In this document: one piece after another, positions 9,617 through 18,586 of the stretch
Numbering within the stretch: the stretch's first letter is position 1
Layout: each line of letters begins with the position of its first letter
Assembly: GCA_042571125.1 (NCBI GenBank)
Contig: JBHPFU010000001.1
Coordinates: 259,230-323,229, forward strand
Reading direction: 5' to 3'
DNA from: Nanobdellota archaeon
GTDB lineage: Archaea > Nanobdellota > Nanobdellia > Woesearchaeales > UBA10107
DNA: 64,000 nt
Notes under the pieces: model-generated
Database searches by the model: none
The model's input: the letters and a program-made list of their open reading frames with translations, nothing else
What the model was told of the DNA's origin: nothing
Program-made: the position numbers and the translations under genes

Positions 9617-9913
9617 ATGGATGAAAAACCAAAAAATGAAGACAATTCGATGTTTATTGGCGGAAAACCGTTCATGAATTATGTGACTGGCGTAGTGATG
9701 CAATTTACGACAAAAGGAGCTAGCGAAGTTCTATTGAAAGCAAGAGGAAAATTTATTAGTAGAGCAGTAGACGTAGCAGAAGTAGCAACTAAAAGATTCC
9801 TCGCAGGAGACTCAAGCATAAAAGACATAAAAATAGACAGCGAAGAATTCACAAATAAAGAAGGAAAGCAAGTCAGAGTGTCTACAATTGAAATAACACT
9901 ATCGAAGAAATAA
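9617..9913 (+). CDS. albA: DNA/RNA-binding protein Alba
   Basis: IGGKPFMNYV, KARGKFISRAVDVAE, VSTIEITL; GAGGTGG RBS. Confidence 0.95.
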   Translation: MDEKPKNEDNSMFIGGKPFMNYVTGVVMQFTTKGASEVLLKARGKFISRAVDVAEVATKRFLAGDSSIKDIKIDSEEFTNKEGKQVRVSTIEITLSKK

Positions 9914-9920
9914 GTTTATT

Positions 9921-9968
9921 CCCATGAAAATGTATTCATTTTCAGGGCGCAGAAAATCAATATTTTCT
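9921..9968. repeat. Tandem double hairpin (REP-like element or terminator)
   Basis: CCC(A)TGAAAATG-tatt-CATTTTCAGGG followed by AGAAAAT-caat-ATTTTCT and a T-rich tract. Confidence 0.55.
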
Positions 9969-10016
9969 TTCGTTTTTGGTTAAATTTATAAATCGAGTTA
10001 TTCTATTTTATTTTAT

Positions 10017-10121
10017 GGGCCTATAGTATAGCCTGGATAGTACGACCGGCTTCGGAGAGGAAAGCGAGCGAGCTTTACTCGCAGTTACCGGTAGACGGGG
10101 GTTCGAATCCTCCTGGGCCCG
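10017..10121 (+). tRNA. tRNA-Arg(TCG) with ~31-nt intron at 37/38 (about 10056-10086)
   Basis: Acceptor GGGCCTA/TGGGCCC, D-loop GGATAG, anticodon stem ACCGG/CCGGT with CT-TCG-G, T-arm GGGGG-TTCGAAT-CCTCC. Confidence 0.88.
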
Positions 10122-10125
10122 TTTT

Positions 10126-10980
10126 ATGAACCACTATCTAATTGAAAATGGATACATCCCCTTAGATAAGTCATGGATTATTAGGATGGGATTACTTGAT
10201 CTTTTGAATAGCCATAAAAATATTATTGAATTTCTTGAAAAACAAAAAAATTTAAGTGACGATCTAAAAGCACTCTACAGAGCATTAATAGATTGGAATT
10301 CTGATGAACCAATCGATGTAGGGGAATCAGGAACTCTTTACAGATTTCTTAAATTTGCATCTTGGAAATTAGGTTTAAAGAAAGAATTTATTTTAAGTGG
10401 CACCCTTAAGAATAGAAATATTTGTGATAACCCTGAGATAATAAATTGGCCGCAGGAAAAACTCATCACATTGGATGGTGGAACTTCGCAATGGGCCAGT
10501 GCTGCCGCTTTGGCTGGAGATGATGAAGAGATCGACAATCCACCATACAAACTAAAAATTACTTACGAAGCGATCAAACATTGGAAAACTTCAAATTGGG
10601 AAATAAGATTTGACAAAACAATATTGGCTCAAGCTTCTGCATATTTGCAATGGTTAAAAACAGGAAAAATGGATTTTAAACCAGAACAAGCAGAAGATTA
10701 TTGTTTTGCTCGCGCATTTGATTTAATCTCCGCAGAAGAAGGAGAAAAGCTTTGGCCTAGTTTACATGGTCATGAATCAGATAGAATAAAAGAGATGGAA
10801 GAACAACTCCAAAAAGAAAAAATAACCTCAAAAGATCACAGAGTAGTACATGCCATTGCAATGCTAAGAAAAAGCAAGGAAAATGTACAAAATCCAGAAT
10901 GTGTAAATAAGAGTTGGCCACAATTTTGGATGTTTTTACAAGATTCAGTCGAATTAGCCAATAAAGCTAAACACCAATAA
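10126..10980 (+). CDS. Shortened EPSP synthase (AroA)-like protein
   Basis: DKSWIIR, GESGTLYRF, TSQWASA, HESDRI, DHRV, VNKSWPQFW motifs; only 284 aa. Confidence 0.75.
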   Translation: MNHYLIENGYIPLDKSWIIRMGLLDLLNSHKNIIEFLEKQKNLSDDLKALYRALIDWNSDEPIDVGESGTLYRFLKFASWKLGLKKEFILSGTLKNRNICDNPEIINWPQEKLITLDGGTSQWASAAALAGDDEEIDNPPYKLKITYEAIKHWKTSNWEIRFDKTILAQASAYLQWLKTGKMDFKPEQAEDYCFARAFDLISAEEGEKLWPSLHGHESDRIKEMEEQLQKEKITSKDHRVVHAIAMLRKSKENVQNPECVNKSWPQFWMFLQDSVELANKAKHQ

Positions 10981-11012
10981 TTTTATATATGACAACATCG
11001 ACTTTCTATATT

Positions 11013-12449
11013 ATGGCAGCTGAAAAAGAGAGCATGGGCATTAAAGTCAAAAAAGCAGATGATATGCCTTCTTGGTATGGTGAGGTTTGTATAAAAGCAG
11101 AATTAGCAGATTATGCTCCAACAAAAGGATGTATGATAATAAGGCCAAGAGGATATGCGATTTGGCAGAACATCCAAGATATTTTTAACAAAAGGTTAAA
11201 AGAGCTAAATGTAGAAAATGCATACTTCCCTTTATTTATTCCAGAATCATTTTTCAAAAAAGAAAAAGAGCACGCAGAAGGATTCAATCCAGAAGTTGCT
11301 TGGGTAGAACAAAGAGACCCAAAAGAAGAACGAATTGCAGTCAGACCAACATCAGAAACAATAATGTATGATTCTTATTCAAGATGGATTAGAAGTTATA
11401 GGGACCTACCGTTAAGAATAAATCAATGGTGCAATATTGTTAGATGGGAAACAGAAGCAACAAAACTATTCTTAAGATCAAGAGAATTTCTTTGGCAGGA
11501 AGGACATTGCGTTTATGAGACAGAAGAGGAATGCGATAAAGAAGCAAGAGATATGCTAGAGGAATACCGAAAACTTGTCGAAGATAATTTAGCCTTGCCA
11601 TTATTATTAGGAAGAAAAACAGAAAAAGAGAAATTCGCAGGAGCAAAAACAACTTATACTATCGAAGCATTTATGCCAGACGGAAAAGCATTACAATGCG
11701 GAACATCGCATAACTTAGGACAAACATTTTCAAACGCATTTAATATTTCATTTACTGATAAAAACGAAAAGAAACAAAAACCATGGCAAAATTCATGGGG
11801 CGTTTCAACGAGATTAATCGGCGGGATGGTAATGACTCATTCAGATGATAAAGGTTTGATCATACCGCCTAAAATTGCATCTGTAAAAGCAGTTATTGTT
11901 CCCATATTCTTTGAAAAGACAAAAGCAAAAGTTCTTTCAGAAGCAAAAAAGATACAAAAAATGATTGACGATTCTATTTTAGATGATAGAGAAGAATATT
12001 CTGCAGGATGGAGATTTTCTGATTGGGAATTAAAAGGAGTTCCCGTCAGGATTGAGTTAGGACCAAAAGATTTAGAGAAAGATCAAGTAATTGTAGCAAG
12101 AAGAGATAATGGAGAAAAAATACCAGTTAAAATTTCTAAATTAAAAGAAGAACTTCCAAAAATATTAGATGACATTCAAAATAACTTGTTTAACAAAGCA
12201 AAGAAGTTTTTAAAATCAAGCATTATAGAAGTAAAAACAGTACAAGAAATGAAAAAAGCAGCGGACGATGGGAAATTATCTTTGGCTCCTTTCTGTGGAG
12301 GGACAGGATGCGAAGAATGGATAAATGAAAAGACCGCAGGAGTGACTCCAAGAGTGATCCCTTTTAATGATAAATTAAAGAAAGGATCAAAATGCATTCA
12401 TTGTGAAAAAGAAGCAGAATATAATGTTTATTTCTCTAGAGCTTATTGA
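11013..12449 (+). CDS. proS: Proline--tRNA ligase (archaeal/eukaryotic type)
   Basis: RPTSET, NQWCNIVRWE, FLRSREFLWQEGH, QCGTSHNLGQ, SWGVSTRLIG, C-terminal Zn site and RAY. Confidence 0.97.
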   Translation: MAAEKESMGIKVKKADDMPSWYGEVCIKAELADYAPTKGCMIIRPRGYAIWQNIQDIFNKRLKELNVENAYFPLFIPESFFKKEKEHAEGFNPEVAWVEQRDPKEERIAVRPTSETIMYDSYSRWIRSYRDLPLRINQWCNIVRWETEATKLFLRSREFLWQEGHCVYETEEECDKEARDMLEEYRKLVEDNLALPLLLGRKTEKEKFAGAKTTYTIEAFMPDGKALQCGTSHNLGQTFSNAFNISFTDKNEKKQKPWQNSWGVSTRLIGGMVMTHSDDKGLIIPPKIASVKAVIVPIFFEKTKAKVLSEAKKIQKMIDDSILDDREEYSAGWRFSDWELKGVPVRIELGPKDLEKDQVIVARRDNGEKIPVKISKLKEELPKILDDIQNNLFNKAKKFLKSSIIEVKTVQEMKKAADDGKLSLAPFCGGTGCEEWINEKTAGVTPRVIPFNDKLKKGSKCIHCEKEAEYNVYFSRAY

Positions 12450-12847
12450 TTGTTTTTAGCAATATCTTCAATTGTAAGATCATATACTTTCATAACAAAA
12501 TTATACCCTTCAGAATGAGCGCCATATTTATCTTTTAAATATATCACTGCTTGATGTAATTGATCAGGAACCGATTTTGGTTTATCTTTTGATGCATCTT
12601 TAACTTCTAAGCCAACATAGGAAACAATCGCCCCTTCTTTTTTCAGACATTCTAACATTCTTGCGTCAAGAGTTTTATCTGATTTTTTCTCGATTGGTTT
12701 GGGCGCTCCACCATCTTTGATTTCTACTCCGTGGACAGACATGCCGGGGGGATCTAACTCAACATTTGCTCTTTCTAATGCTTCTTCTATGTTTTCTGTC
12801 TGTATGAATAAATAATCCCCTACCATGCGGCAGTGGACTTGGTTCAT
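12443..12847 (-). CDS. Hypothetical protein
   Basis: 134-aa ORF filling the gap between proS and psmB; no motif recognised. Confidence 0.55.
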   Translation of the reverse strand: MNQVHCRMVGDYLFIQTENIEEALERANVELDPPGMSVHGVEIKDGGAPKPIEKKSDKTLDARMLECLKKEGAIVSYVGLEVKDASKDKPKSVPDQLHQAVIYLKDKYGAHSEGYNFVMKVYDLTIEDIAKNNQ

Positions 12848-12970
12848 ATTTAAAAACTTTACTATTTAGTGGTTACTTGCTCCGTAAATCTTTCGGTTTC
12901 CAAAATTCAATATATTTCCGAAACCTTTATAAATCACCTTTTGTTACTATATAACAGAATTCTGATTAAA

Positions 12971-13609
12971 ATGAAAGAAGAAACAATAAAAACTGGAACA
13001 ACAACAATAGGTCTTGTATGTGCTGAAGGAGTTGTTTTAGCAGCAGACAGAAGAGCAACTTCTGGGAATATGATTATTGATAAGAATTTTACTAAGATTC
13101 ATAGTATTACAGACAATATCGCTCTTACAATTGCCGGAACAGTATCAGATGTTCAGCTATTAGTTAAGTTAATCAGAGCAGAATTAAAATTAAAAGATAT
13201 AAGAACAGACCGAGAAGCAACAGTTAGTGAAGCTTCCAATCTGCTTGCAGGGATGGTTTATGCAAACATAAGAAAATTTTCAGTAATCCCCGGAATCTCT
13301 CACTTTATTGTTGGTGGAAAAGACCAATCAGGATTCCACCTATTTGATGTTTACCCAGATGGTTCTTTGAAAGAATCTACAGAATATATTTCGTCTGGAT
13401 CTGGATCAGTAATGGCGTATGGTGTATTGGAGACAATGTACAAAAAAAACATGCCAATAAATGATGCAGTAAAATTAGCAGTCACATCTTTGAACGCAGC
13501 GATACAAAGAGATTCAGCATCAGGTTCTGGCTTTGATGTCATTACAATCACGAAGGACGGAGTAAAAAAAGTTGCAGAAAAAGACCTAACAGTAAAAGTA
13601 GAGTTATAA
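12971..13609 (+). CDS. psmB: Proteasome subunit beta
   Basis: Propeptide ...KTG|TTTIG, AADRRAT, SGSGS, RDSASG. Confidence 0.96.
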   Translation: MKEETIKTGTTTIGLVCAEGVVLAADRRATSGNMIIDKNFTKIHSITDNIALTIAGTVSDVQLLVKLIRAELKLKDIRTDREATVSEASNLLAGMVYANIRKFSVIPGISHFIVGGKDQSGFHLFDVYPDGSLKESTEYISSGSGSVMAYGVLETMYKKNMPINDAVKLAVTSLNAAIQRDSASGSGFDVITITKDGVKKVAEKDLTVKVEL

Positions 13610-13642
13610 GATTCTTATCGTGCCTTCTTAACGGGGTAGAAA

Positions 13643-15535
13643 ATGAGTGTAATTATAGACGAAATATTAAAACATATACCTAAAGAAAAAGTTAGCGCAG
13701 CGGTTTTTGAAGGCGCTAATATAGTTCTGTATACAACAGACAAGGACTTTTTCCTAGATAATAAAGGAGAGATAAAGAAAGTAGTTGATCTGATTAAGAA
13801 GAGAGTAGAGCTTAGACCAGATCCAAGCATAACTATGGACTCTGAAAAGGCGAAAAAAGAGATAGAAAAAATAATGCCAAAAGAATCTGGTATCTCACAA
13901 ATCATTTTTGATCCTCAAAGAAGTAGCGTTGTTATTGAAGCAGAAAAACCAGGATTAGCGATAGGAAGACAAGGTTCATTGCTTAGAGAGATAAGAGAAA
14001 AAACACTTTGGGTTCCTTTAATCAGAAGAGCTCCCGCAATAAAATCAAAAATCATAGAAGATATTCGAAATGTTCTTTATGAAAATTCAGAAGAAAGAAG
14101 AAAATTCTTAGATACAACTGGCCATAGAGTTTATGATGGATGGACAAGAGGTAAAAAAGAAGAATGGGTAAGAATGAGCTGTTTAGGCGGAGCTCGTGAA
14201 GTTGGACGTTCTTGTTTTTTGATTCAAACTCCAGAAAGCAGAGTACTGCTTGACTGCGGGATAAATGTAGCATCAGATGAGCATGCATATCCAATGTTAG
14301 AAGCACCAGAATTTAATATTGAGGAACTGGATGCAGTTATTGTTGCTCACGCTCACTTAGACCACAGCGGTTTTGTTCCTTACCTTTTTAAGTTTGGATA
14401 CAAGGGTCCTGTTTATTGTACTGCTCCTACGCGAGATATTATGTCTTTATTGCAATTAGACTTGATTAAGATTCAAAGAAATGAAGGAAAAGAACCAATC
14501 TACAATTCAGATCACGTGAGAGAAATGGTTAAACATACAATCTGTTTAGATTTTGAAGAAGTCTCAGATATAACCCCTGATATTCGTATCACTCTCTATA
14601 ATGCAGGACACATCCTGGGAAGTGCAATGGTTCATCTCCATATAGGAAATGGTTTGCATAACATGCTTTACACTTCTGACTTAAAGTATGGAAAATCACA
14701 ACTCCTAGAACCTGCGGCAGTAAAATTCCCAAGATTAGAAACATTAATGGTGGAATCTACATATGGTGGCAAGGAAAATGTGCTTGCGCCTGCAAAAGAA
14801 ACAGACGAAGGAACGATTGCGATTATAACTGATACTATCAAAAGAGGAGGCAAGGTTTTAATTCCTGTTCTTGGTTCGGGTAGAGGTCAGGACATAATGA
14901 TATTGGTCGAAAATCTTGTTCGTACTGGAAAGATTCCAAAAGTTCCAGTCTATATCGACGGAATGGTGTGGGATATCACAGCAATCCATACAGCATATCC
15001 AGAATTCCTTAATGCGAATATTAGAAAACTTATTTTCCATAAAGATACAAATCCTTTCTTGAATCCAATCTTTAAAAGAGTTGGTTCAGGCAAAGAAAGA
15101 AAACAGATTCTAGAAGCTGAAGGACCTTGCATTATTCTTGCTACATCTGGTATGCTTGTTGGAGGACCATCTGTTGAATACCTGAAAAACCTATCAGAAG
15201 ATAAAAAGCACGCATTAGTATTTTCATGTTACCAGGGAGAAGGTTCTTTAGGTAGAAGAATCCAAAGAGGAGAGAAAGAATTTAATTTTGTAGGTGCGGG
15301 CGGAAAGCAAGAAGTTATGAAACTGAACATGGAAGTTCATAAGATTGAGATTACAGACCACTCAGACAGAAACGAATTAATGAATTTTGTATCATCTTGT
15401 GAACCTCATCCTAAGAAAGTAATCGTAAATCATGGTGAAAGTTCAAGATCATTGGATTTAGCTAGTTCTATACACAGACAATTTAGAGTAGAAACTTCAG
15501 CTCCGAAGGATTTGGAAGCTGTAAGGCTTAAGTAG
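13643..15535 (+). CDS. fttA: KH-domain beta-CASP ribonuclease aCPSF1 / transcription termination factor FttA
   Basis: N-terminal KH region (KPGLAIGRQG), LGGAREVGRS, HAHLDH, AGHILGS, ESTYGG, NHGE; conserved psmB-aCPSF1 synteny. Confidence 0.95.
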   Translation: MSVIIDEILKHIPKEKVSAAVFEGANIVLYTTDKDFFLDNKGEIKKVVDLIKKRVELRPDPSITMDSEKAKKEIEKIMPKESGISQIIFDPQRSSVVIEAEKPGLAIGRQGSLLREIREKTLWVPLIRRAPAIKSKIIEDIRNVLYENSEERRKFLDTTGHRVYDGWTRGKKEEWVRMSCLGGAREVGRSCFLIQTPESRVLLDCGINVASDEHAYPMLEAPEFNIEELDAVIVAHAHLDHSGFVPYLFKFGYKGPVYCTAPTRDIMSLLQLDLIKIQRNEGKEPIYNSDHVREMVKHTICLDFEEVSDITPDIRITLYNAGHILGSAMVHLHIGNGLHNMLYTSDLKYGKSQLLEPAAVKFPRLETLMVESTYGGKENVLAPAKETDEGTIAIITDTIKRGGKVLIPVLGSGRGQDIMILVENLVRTGKIPKVPVYIDGMVWDITAIHTAYPEFLNANIRKLIFHKDTNPFLNPIFKRVGSGKERKQILEAEGPCIILATSGMLVGGPSVEYLKNLSEDKKHALVFSCYQGEGSLGRRIQRGEKEFNFVGAGGKQEVMKLNMEVHKIEITDHSDRNELMNFVSSCEPHPKKVIVNHGESSRSLDLASSIHRQFRVETSAPKDLEAVRLK

Positions 15536-16157
15536 TTCTTACATAAACCGTTGGATCCCAAAGAAAAGGAGTTGCTTTTTGTGCTTTTTTTGTTAAGTCT
15601 TTATGTATTTTTGATCCTTTAACATCTCCAATGTGGCTTGCTGAATAAATTAATCCACCAACAGGAATTAAACCTAACACTCTTTGTACGTCTTCTCCAT
15701 CAATTGCAGCATTTGAAAGATAAACTTTTGAATATTCTCCTTGGTGTTCGAAAATATCTCCCTGAGTAAAATTCAAATTATCAAGTTTTCCTTTTATTTT
15801 TTCTAAACGATCCTCGGCTCTGAAATATGTGTTTCGAGGTATAAAAAAACCAAACATCGGATTATCATACATTAAAAGCATAAGCTCATTAGTTTTAGGA
15901 TGTCTTTTTGTTTCATTACATCTTAAGAATTTTTCATAATCTCCTGTTTTTAGAAGTTTTGCTCTTTTTTGCGCATATTCTAATTGAGATTTAAAATGAT
16001 CAATTGCAGTTATTCTCGCTCCGATTTCAAGCATTGCGAATGATTGGTCACCAGATCCACAGATAGCAAGAACATTGTCGTTCGGTTGTACATCTAGACC
16101 TGCCATAACTGCGTCTAAATTTTCATTTGTGTATGTGTATTCAACTTCTGGGTGCAT
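15528..16157 (-). CDS. SAM-dependent methyltransferase-like protein (DUF3419/BtaA-like N-terminus)
   Basis: YTYTNEN...VLAICGSGDQ...ITAID...SQL pattern; VYLSN. Confidence 0.65.
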   Translation of the reverse strand: MHPEVEYTYTNENLDAVMAGLDVQPNDNVLAICGSGDQSFAMLEIGARITAIDHFKSQLEYAQKRAKLLKTGDYEKFLRCNETKRHPKTNELMLLMYDNPMFGFFIPRNTYFRAEDRLEKIKGKLDNLNFTQGDIFEHQGEYSKVYLSNAAIDGEDVQRVLGLIPVGGLIYSASHIGDVKGSKIHKDLTKKAQKATPFLWDPTVYVRTT

Positions 16158-16182
16158 TTTTATCTCCTTTTGAAACTATTAT

Positions 16183-17010
16183 CTATCTTTTATAAGGTTT
16201 TACAGTCGGGGTAGGTTTTGGGACTCTTGGTGGAACATATGTTACTGTTTTCTTTTTTTCTGTAATCTTTTCATCATTATCAGATTTATCTGCCGCATTA
16301 GGTAACCGTTCTTTCAATTTTATGAATGATCTGTACCAAGTTGGATCTATATCAAAATTTCCTTCTTCAGTCGATACAGTAAGCCAAGCATGATAGCTTT
16401 CTTTTTTCCCGTCTTTTATTGTCCTCCCAAATACAAGATTAGAGTGAACCCCTGCAACAGTAAGTAAAGGGAGATAAGCACTAGCTATATCATCGCAGTT
16501 GCCCCCGCCATTGAAAATTAATTCATCTACGCTCAATATTTCTTCTTGAGGTTCTTCCTCTTTTATTGTGCGAGATATGGCATTATACGCAAGCTCAGCT
16601 CTTTTTGTAGGACTAAGCCGTTTATCCCATCGAATGTTGCTTAACTCTATCATCAACTGTTTGAGTGGTTTGTATGGAAGTTTTAATTTCTCCAAAGGCA
16701 CATCCCATACCTTAAGAATGATTTCTGAATTTAGAACGGTGTTTTGGTTTGTTTCGATTCTAGAAAATACTGCCTCAATACCTTCCGTGGGCATAAATTT
16801 GTATCTATCCTCCTGCTCCTGTACAGCAAAACAATATTCTGCGCGAGTAAGGAGTACATCCGTTTTTACTTTTTTAGATTCATGTGCTTGAGGGATTTTG
16901 GTAGGTCTGGGCGTTGGTTTGATAAAATCAGCTCTGTCTGCGATCCCTGCAGTTGGAATTAAACTTGCAGCCAACAAACAAATTGTAGTTTTTTTAGGAA
17001 TATTTTTCAT
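16183..17010 (-). CDS. Secreted transglutaminase-like (Cys-His-Asp) protein
   Basis: Signal peptide; GGNCDDIA, YHAWL, DIDPTW triad motifs. Confidence 0.8.
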   Translation of the reverse strand: MKNIPKKTTICLLAASLIPTAGIADRADFIKPTPRPTKIPQAHESKKVKTDVLLTRAEYCFAVQEQEDRYKFMPTEGIEAVFSRIETNQNTVLNSEIILKVWDVPLEKLKLPYKPLKQLMIELSNIRWDKRLSPTKRAELAYNAISRTIKEEEPQEEILSVDELIFNGGGNCDDIASAYLPLLTVAGVHSNLVFGRTIKDGKKESYHAWLTVSTEEGNFDIDPTWYRSFIKLKERLPNAADKSDNDEKITEKKKTVTYVPPRVPKPTPTVKPYKR

Positions 17011-17015
17011 TTTCT

Positions 17016-17693
17016 TTATGATACTCTGTAAGGTGTAAATCTTACTGGTTTTAATAGCGCTTCTATTAATTCAGATGTAGGAATTCTTGGATTTTCTAAA
17101 AATCTTCTTGCTTTATATTCTCTGATCGGTTCAGCTATTTGGTCGCCTATCCTTTCAAACTCGTCACAATCCATAAGAAACATCTCTCCATCATTTCTTT
17201 CTCTGTAATTTTTTAAGTATGCATCAGTATGGACCCATCCTGCCCCAACAATTTTTTTGTTAAGTGTACAAATCTTATCTGATGTTTGTCTTGAAGGTAT
17301 AACTTTCCCTCTAAGATCTTTTCCTGGAACGTATTCCATCCTAATCGCAGGATGTTTTTTTGTTCCCTTAGCAAGCTTTCCTCTGATCCTGTTTGTTAGT
17401 GTTGCTAAATTAAAACCATATTCATCTTCGCTAACTTTAACTTCATCCATTTCAATCGGCTGAGGAATATTGATTCCTTGTTCTGCGATCTCTACAGAAT
17501 TATCAAATGTTCTCTTTATTCTTTCAGGGCTAAGTCTGCCGTAACAGTAGACTTTTACACATGTACCATCGGTCAGTCTATAAACATTTGAGAAGTACCC
17601 ACTCCCGATTAGTTCTTTCTTAATTCTTTTACGTGGCCATTTGCGCCGCATTTGCCGCTTATGCTTTTTCCAACGTATTGAGTTTCTTTTCAT
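17016..17693 (-). CDS. Protein kinase-like fold protein (RIO/Kdo/Ser-Thr kinase-like)
   Basis: IGSGYFSNVY Gly loop, VKVY, MEYVPG, HTDAYLKN catalytic loop, LMDCD. Confidence 0.75.
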   Translation of the reverse strand: MKRNSIRWKKHKRQMRRKWPRKRIKKELIGSGYFSNVYRLTDGTCVKVYCYGRLSPERIKRTFDNSVEIAEQGINIPQPIEMDEVKVSEDEYGFNLATLTNRIRGKLAKGTKKHPAIRMEYVPGKDLRGKVIPSRQTSDKICTLNKKIVGAGWVHTDAYLKNYRERNDGEMFLMDCDEFERIGDQIAEPIREYKARRFLENPRIPTSELIEALLKPVRFTPYRVS

Positions 17694-17785
17694 TGTGATT
17701 ATGGGTTTTTTGCCATTTGCCCCAACTCTTTTCTATAAATATGGAATATAACCACTATTTAAACTTTTCTAATTGTTACCACTAC

Positions 17786-17830
17786 AAAGTTACTATAAAT
17801 AGAAAGGTTTATATACTAGTTCTTACATCC
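17786..17830 (+). promoter_or_regulatory. Extended BRE/TATA promoter shared with 26141-26184
   Basis: AAAGTTACTATAAATAGAAAGGTTTATATACTAG matches 26141-26174 at 27/34 positions; both are followed by ACATCC. Confidence 0.5.
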
Positions 17831-17865
17831 AATATGCTGAGGGGTGTTCTAGGGTGGTTAAAACA

Positions 17866-18360
17866 ATGAATAAAGCAATTATATTGCTATTTGTGGCCGT
17901 TTTCGGCTTAGGATTCATTTCTGCTAGCTTGACTGATACAATAGCCAAGTTCCCTTTGTCATGGGATTCAATAGCAAGAGGAATCGCACCTGAACACAAC
18001 TCACCTGGAGATCACATAGAGAACAACCAAATACATGTTTACAAAGATAGAATTGTTCTAGATATCCAGAACGCTGTTTGGTCTGAATTTGCAGACACAA
18101 ACTCAATGGACCCTTTGCTTGATATAGGAGCAAATGGAATTGAGATTAGACCAAAAACAGCAAATCAAATTTCTGTAGGAGATGTTATTTCATACGAATC
18201 AGAAGAGATCGGAGGAATAGTAATCCACAGAGTTATTGAGGTTTCTGAAGATGAAGAGGGATGGTTTGCAGTTGTTAGAGGAGACAATAATCCTGTGAAT
18301 GATCCTGGAAAAGTAAGATTTGAACAAGTACAAGGAATACTTGTTGGAGTGATTTATTAA
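17866..18360 (+). CDS. Signal peptidase I (S26, archaeal/SipW type)-like protein
   Basis: N-terminal TM; TNSMDP (Ser), VGDVI, IHRV (His), RGDNN..D. Confidence 0.8.
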   Translation: MNKAIILLFVAVFGLGFISASLTDTIAKFPLSWDSIARGIAPEHNSPGDHIENNQIHVYKDRIVLDIQNAVWSEFADTNSMDPLLDIGANGIEIRPKTANQISVGDVISYESEEIGGIVIHRVIEVSEDEEGWFAVVRGDNNPVNDPGKVRFEQVQGILVGVIY

Positions 18361-18361
18361 A

Positions 18362-18562
18362 ATGAATACACAACTAGATGAAATTTCAAAACTTTGGGAA
18401 CAAGCAATCGGTGCAGGTATTGATAAAAGAGAACCTCCAAAACAAGATTTTAATATGGGCATCTTTGATCCTAATTTAATGTACTTTTCACGTACTTTGC
18501 CAGACGGCAGCACTAAATCAGCATTTATAACAGTACACAGAGATACTTATAAAAAGATTTAA
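18362..18562 (+). CDS. Hypothetical small protein
   Basis: 66-aa ORF, 1 nt after upstream stop. Confidence 0.5.
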   Translation: MNTQLDEISKLWEQAIGAGIDKREPPKQDFNMGIFDPNLMYFSRTLPDGSTKSAFITVHRDTYKKI

Positions 18563-18586
18563 ATACCCTCAATTGAATTCTTTTTT

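Noticed and set aside
10017-10121. Reading the tRNA as Pro(CGG)
   Set aside because: The ACCGG/CCGGT stem places CT-TCG-G in the loop, so the anticodon is TCG; the GGATAG D-loop also fits Arg.
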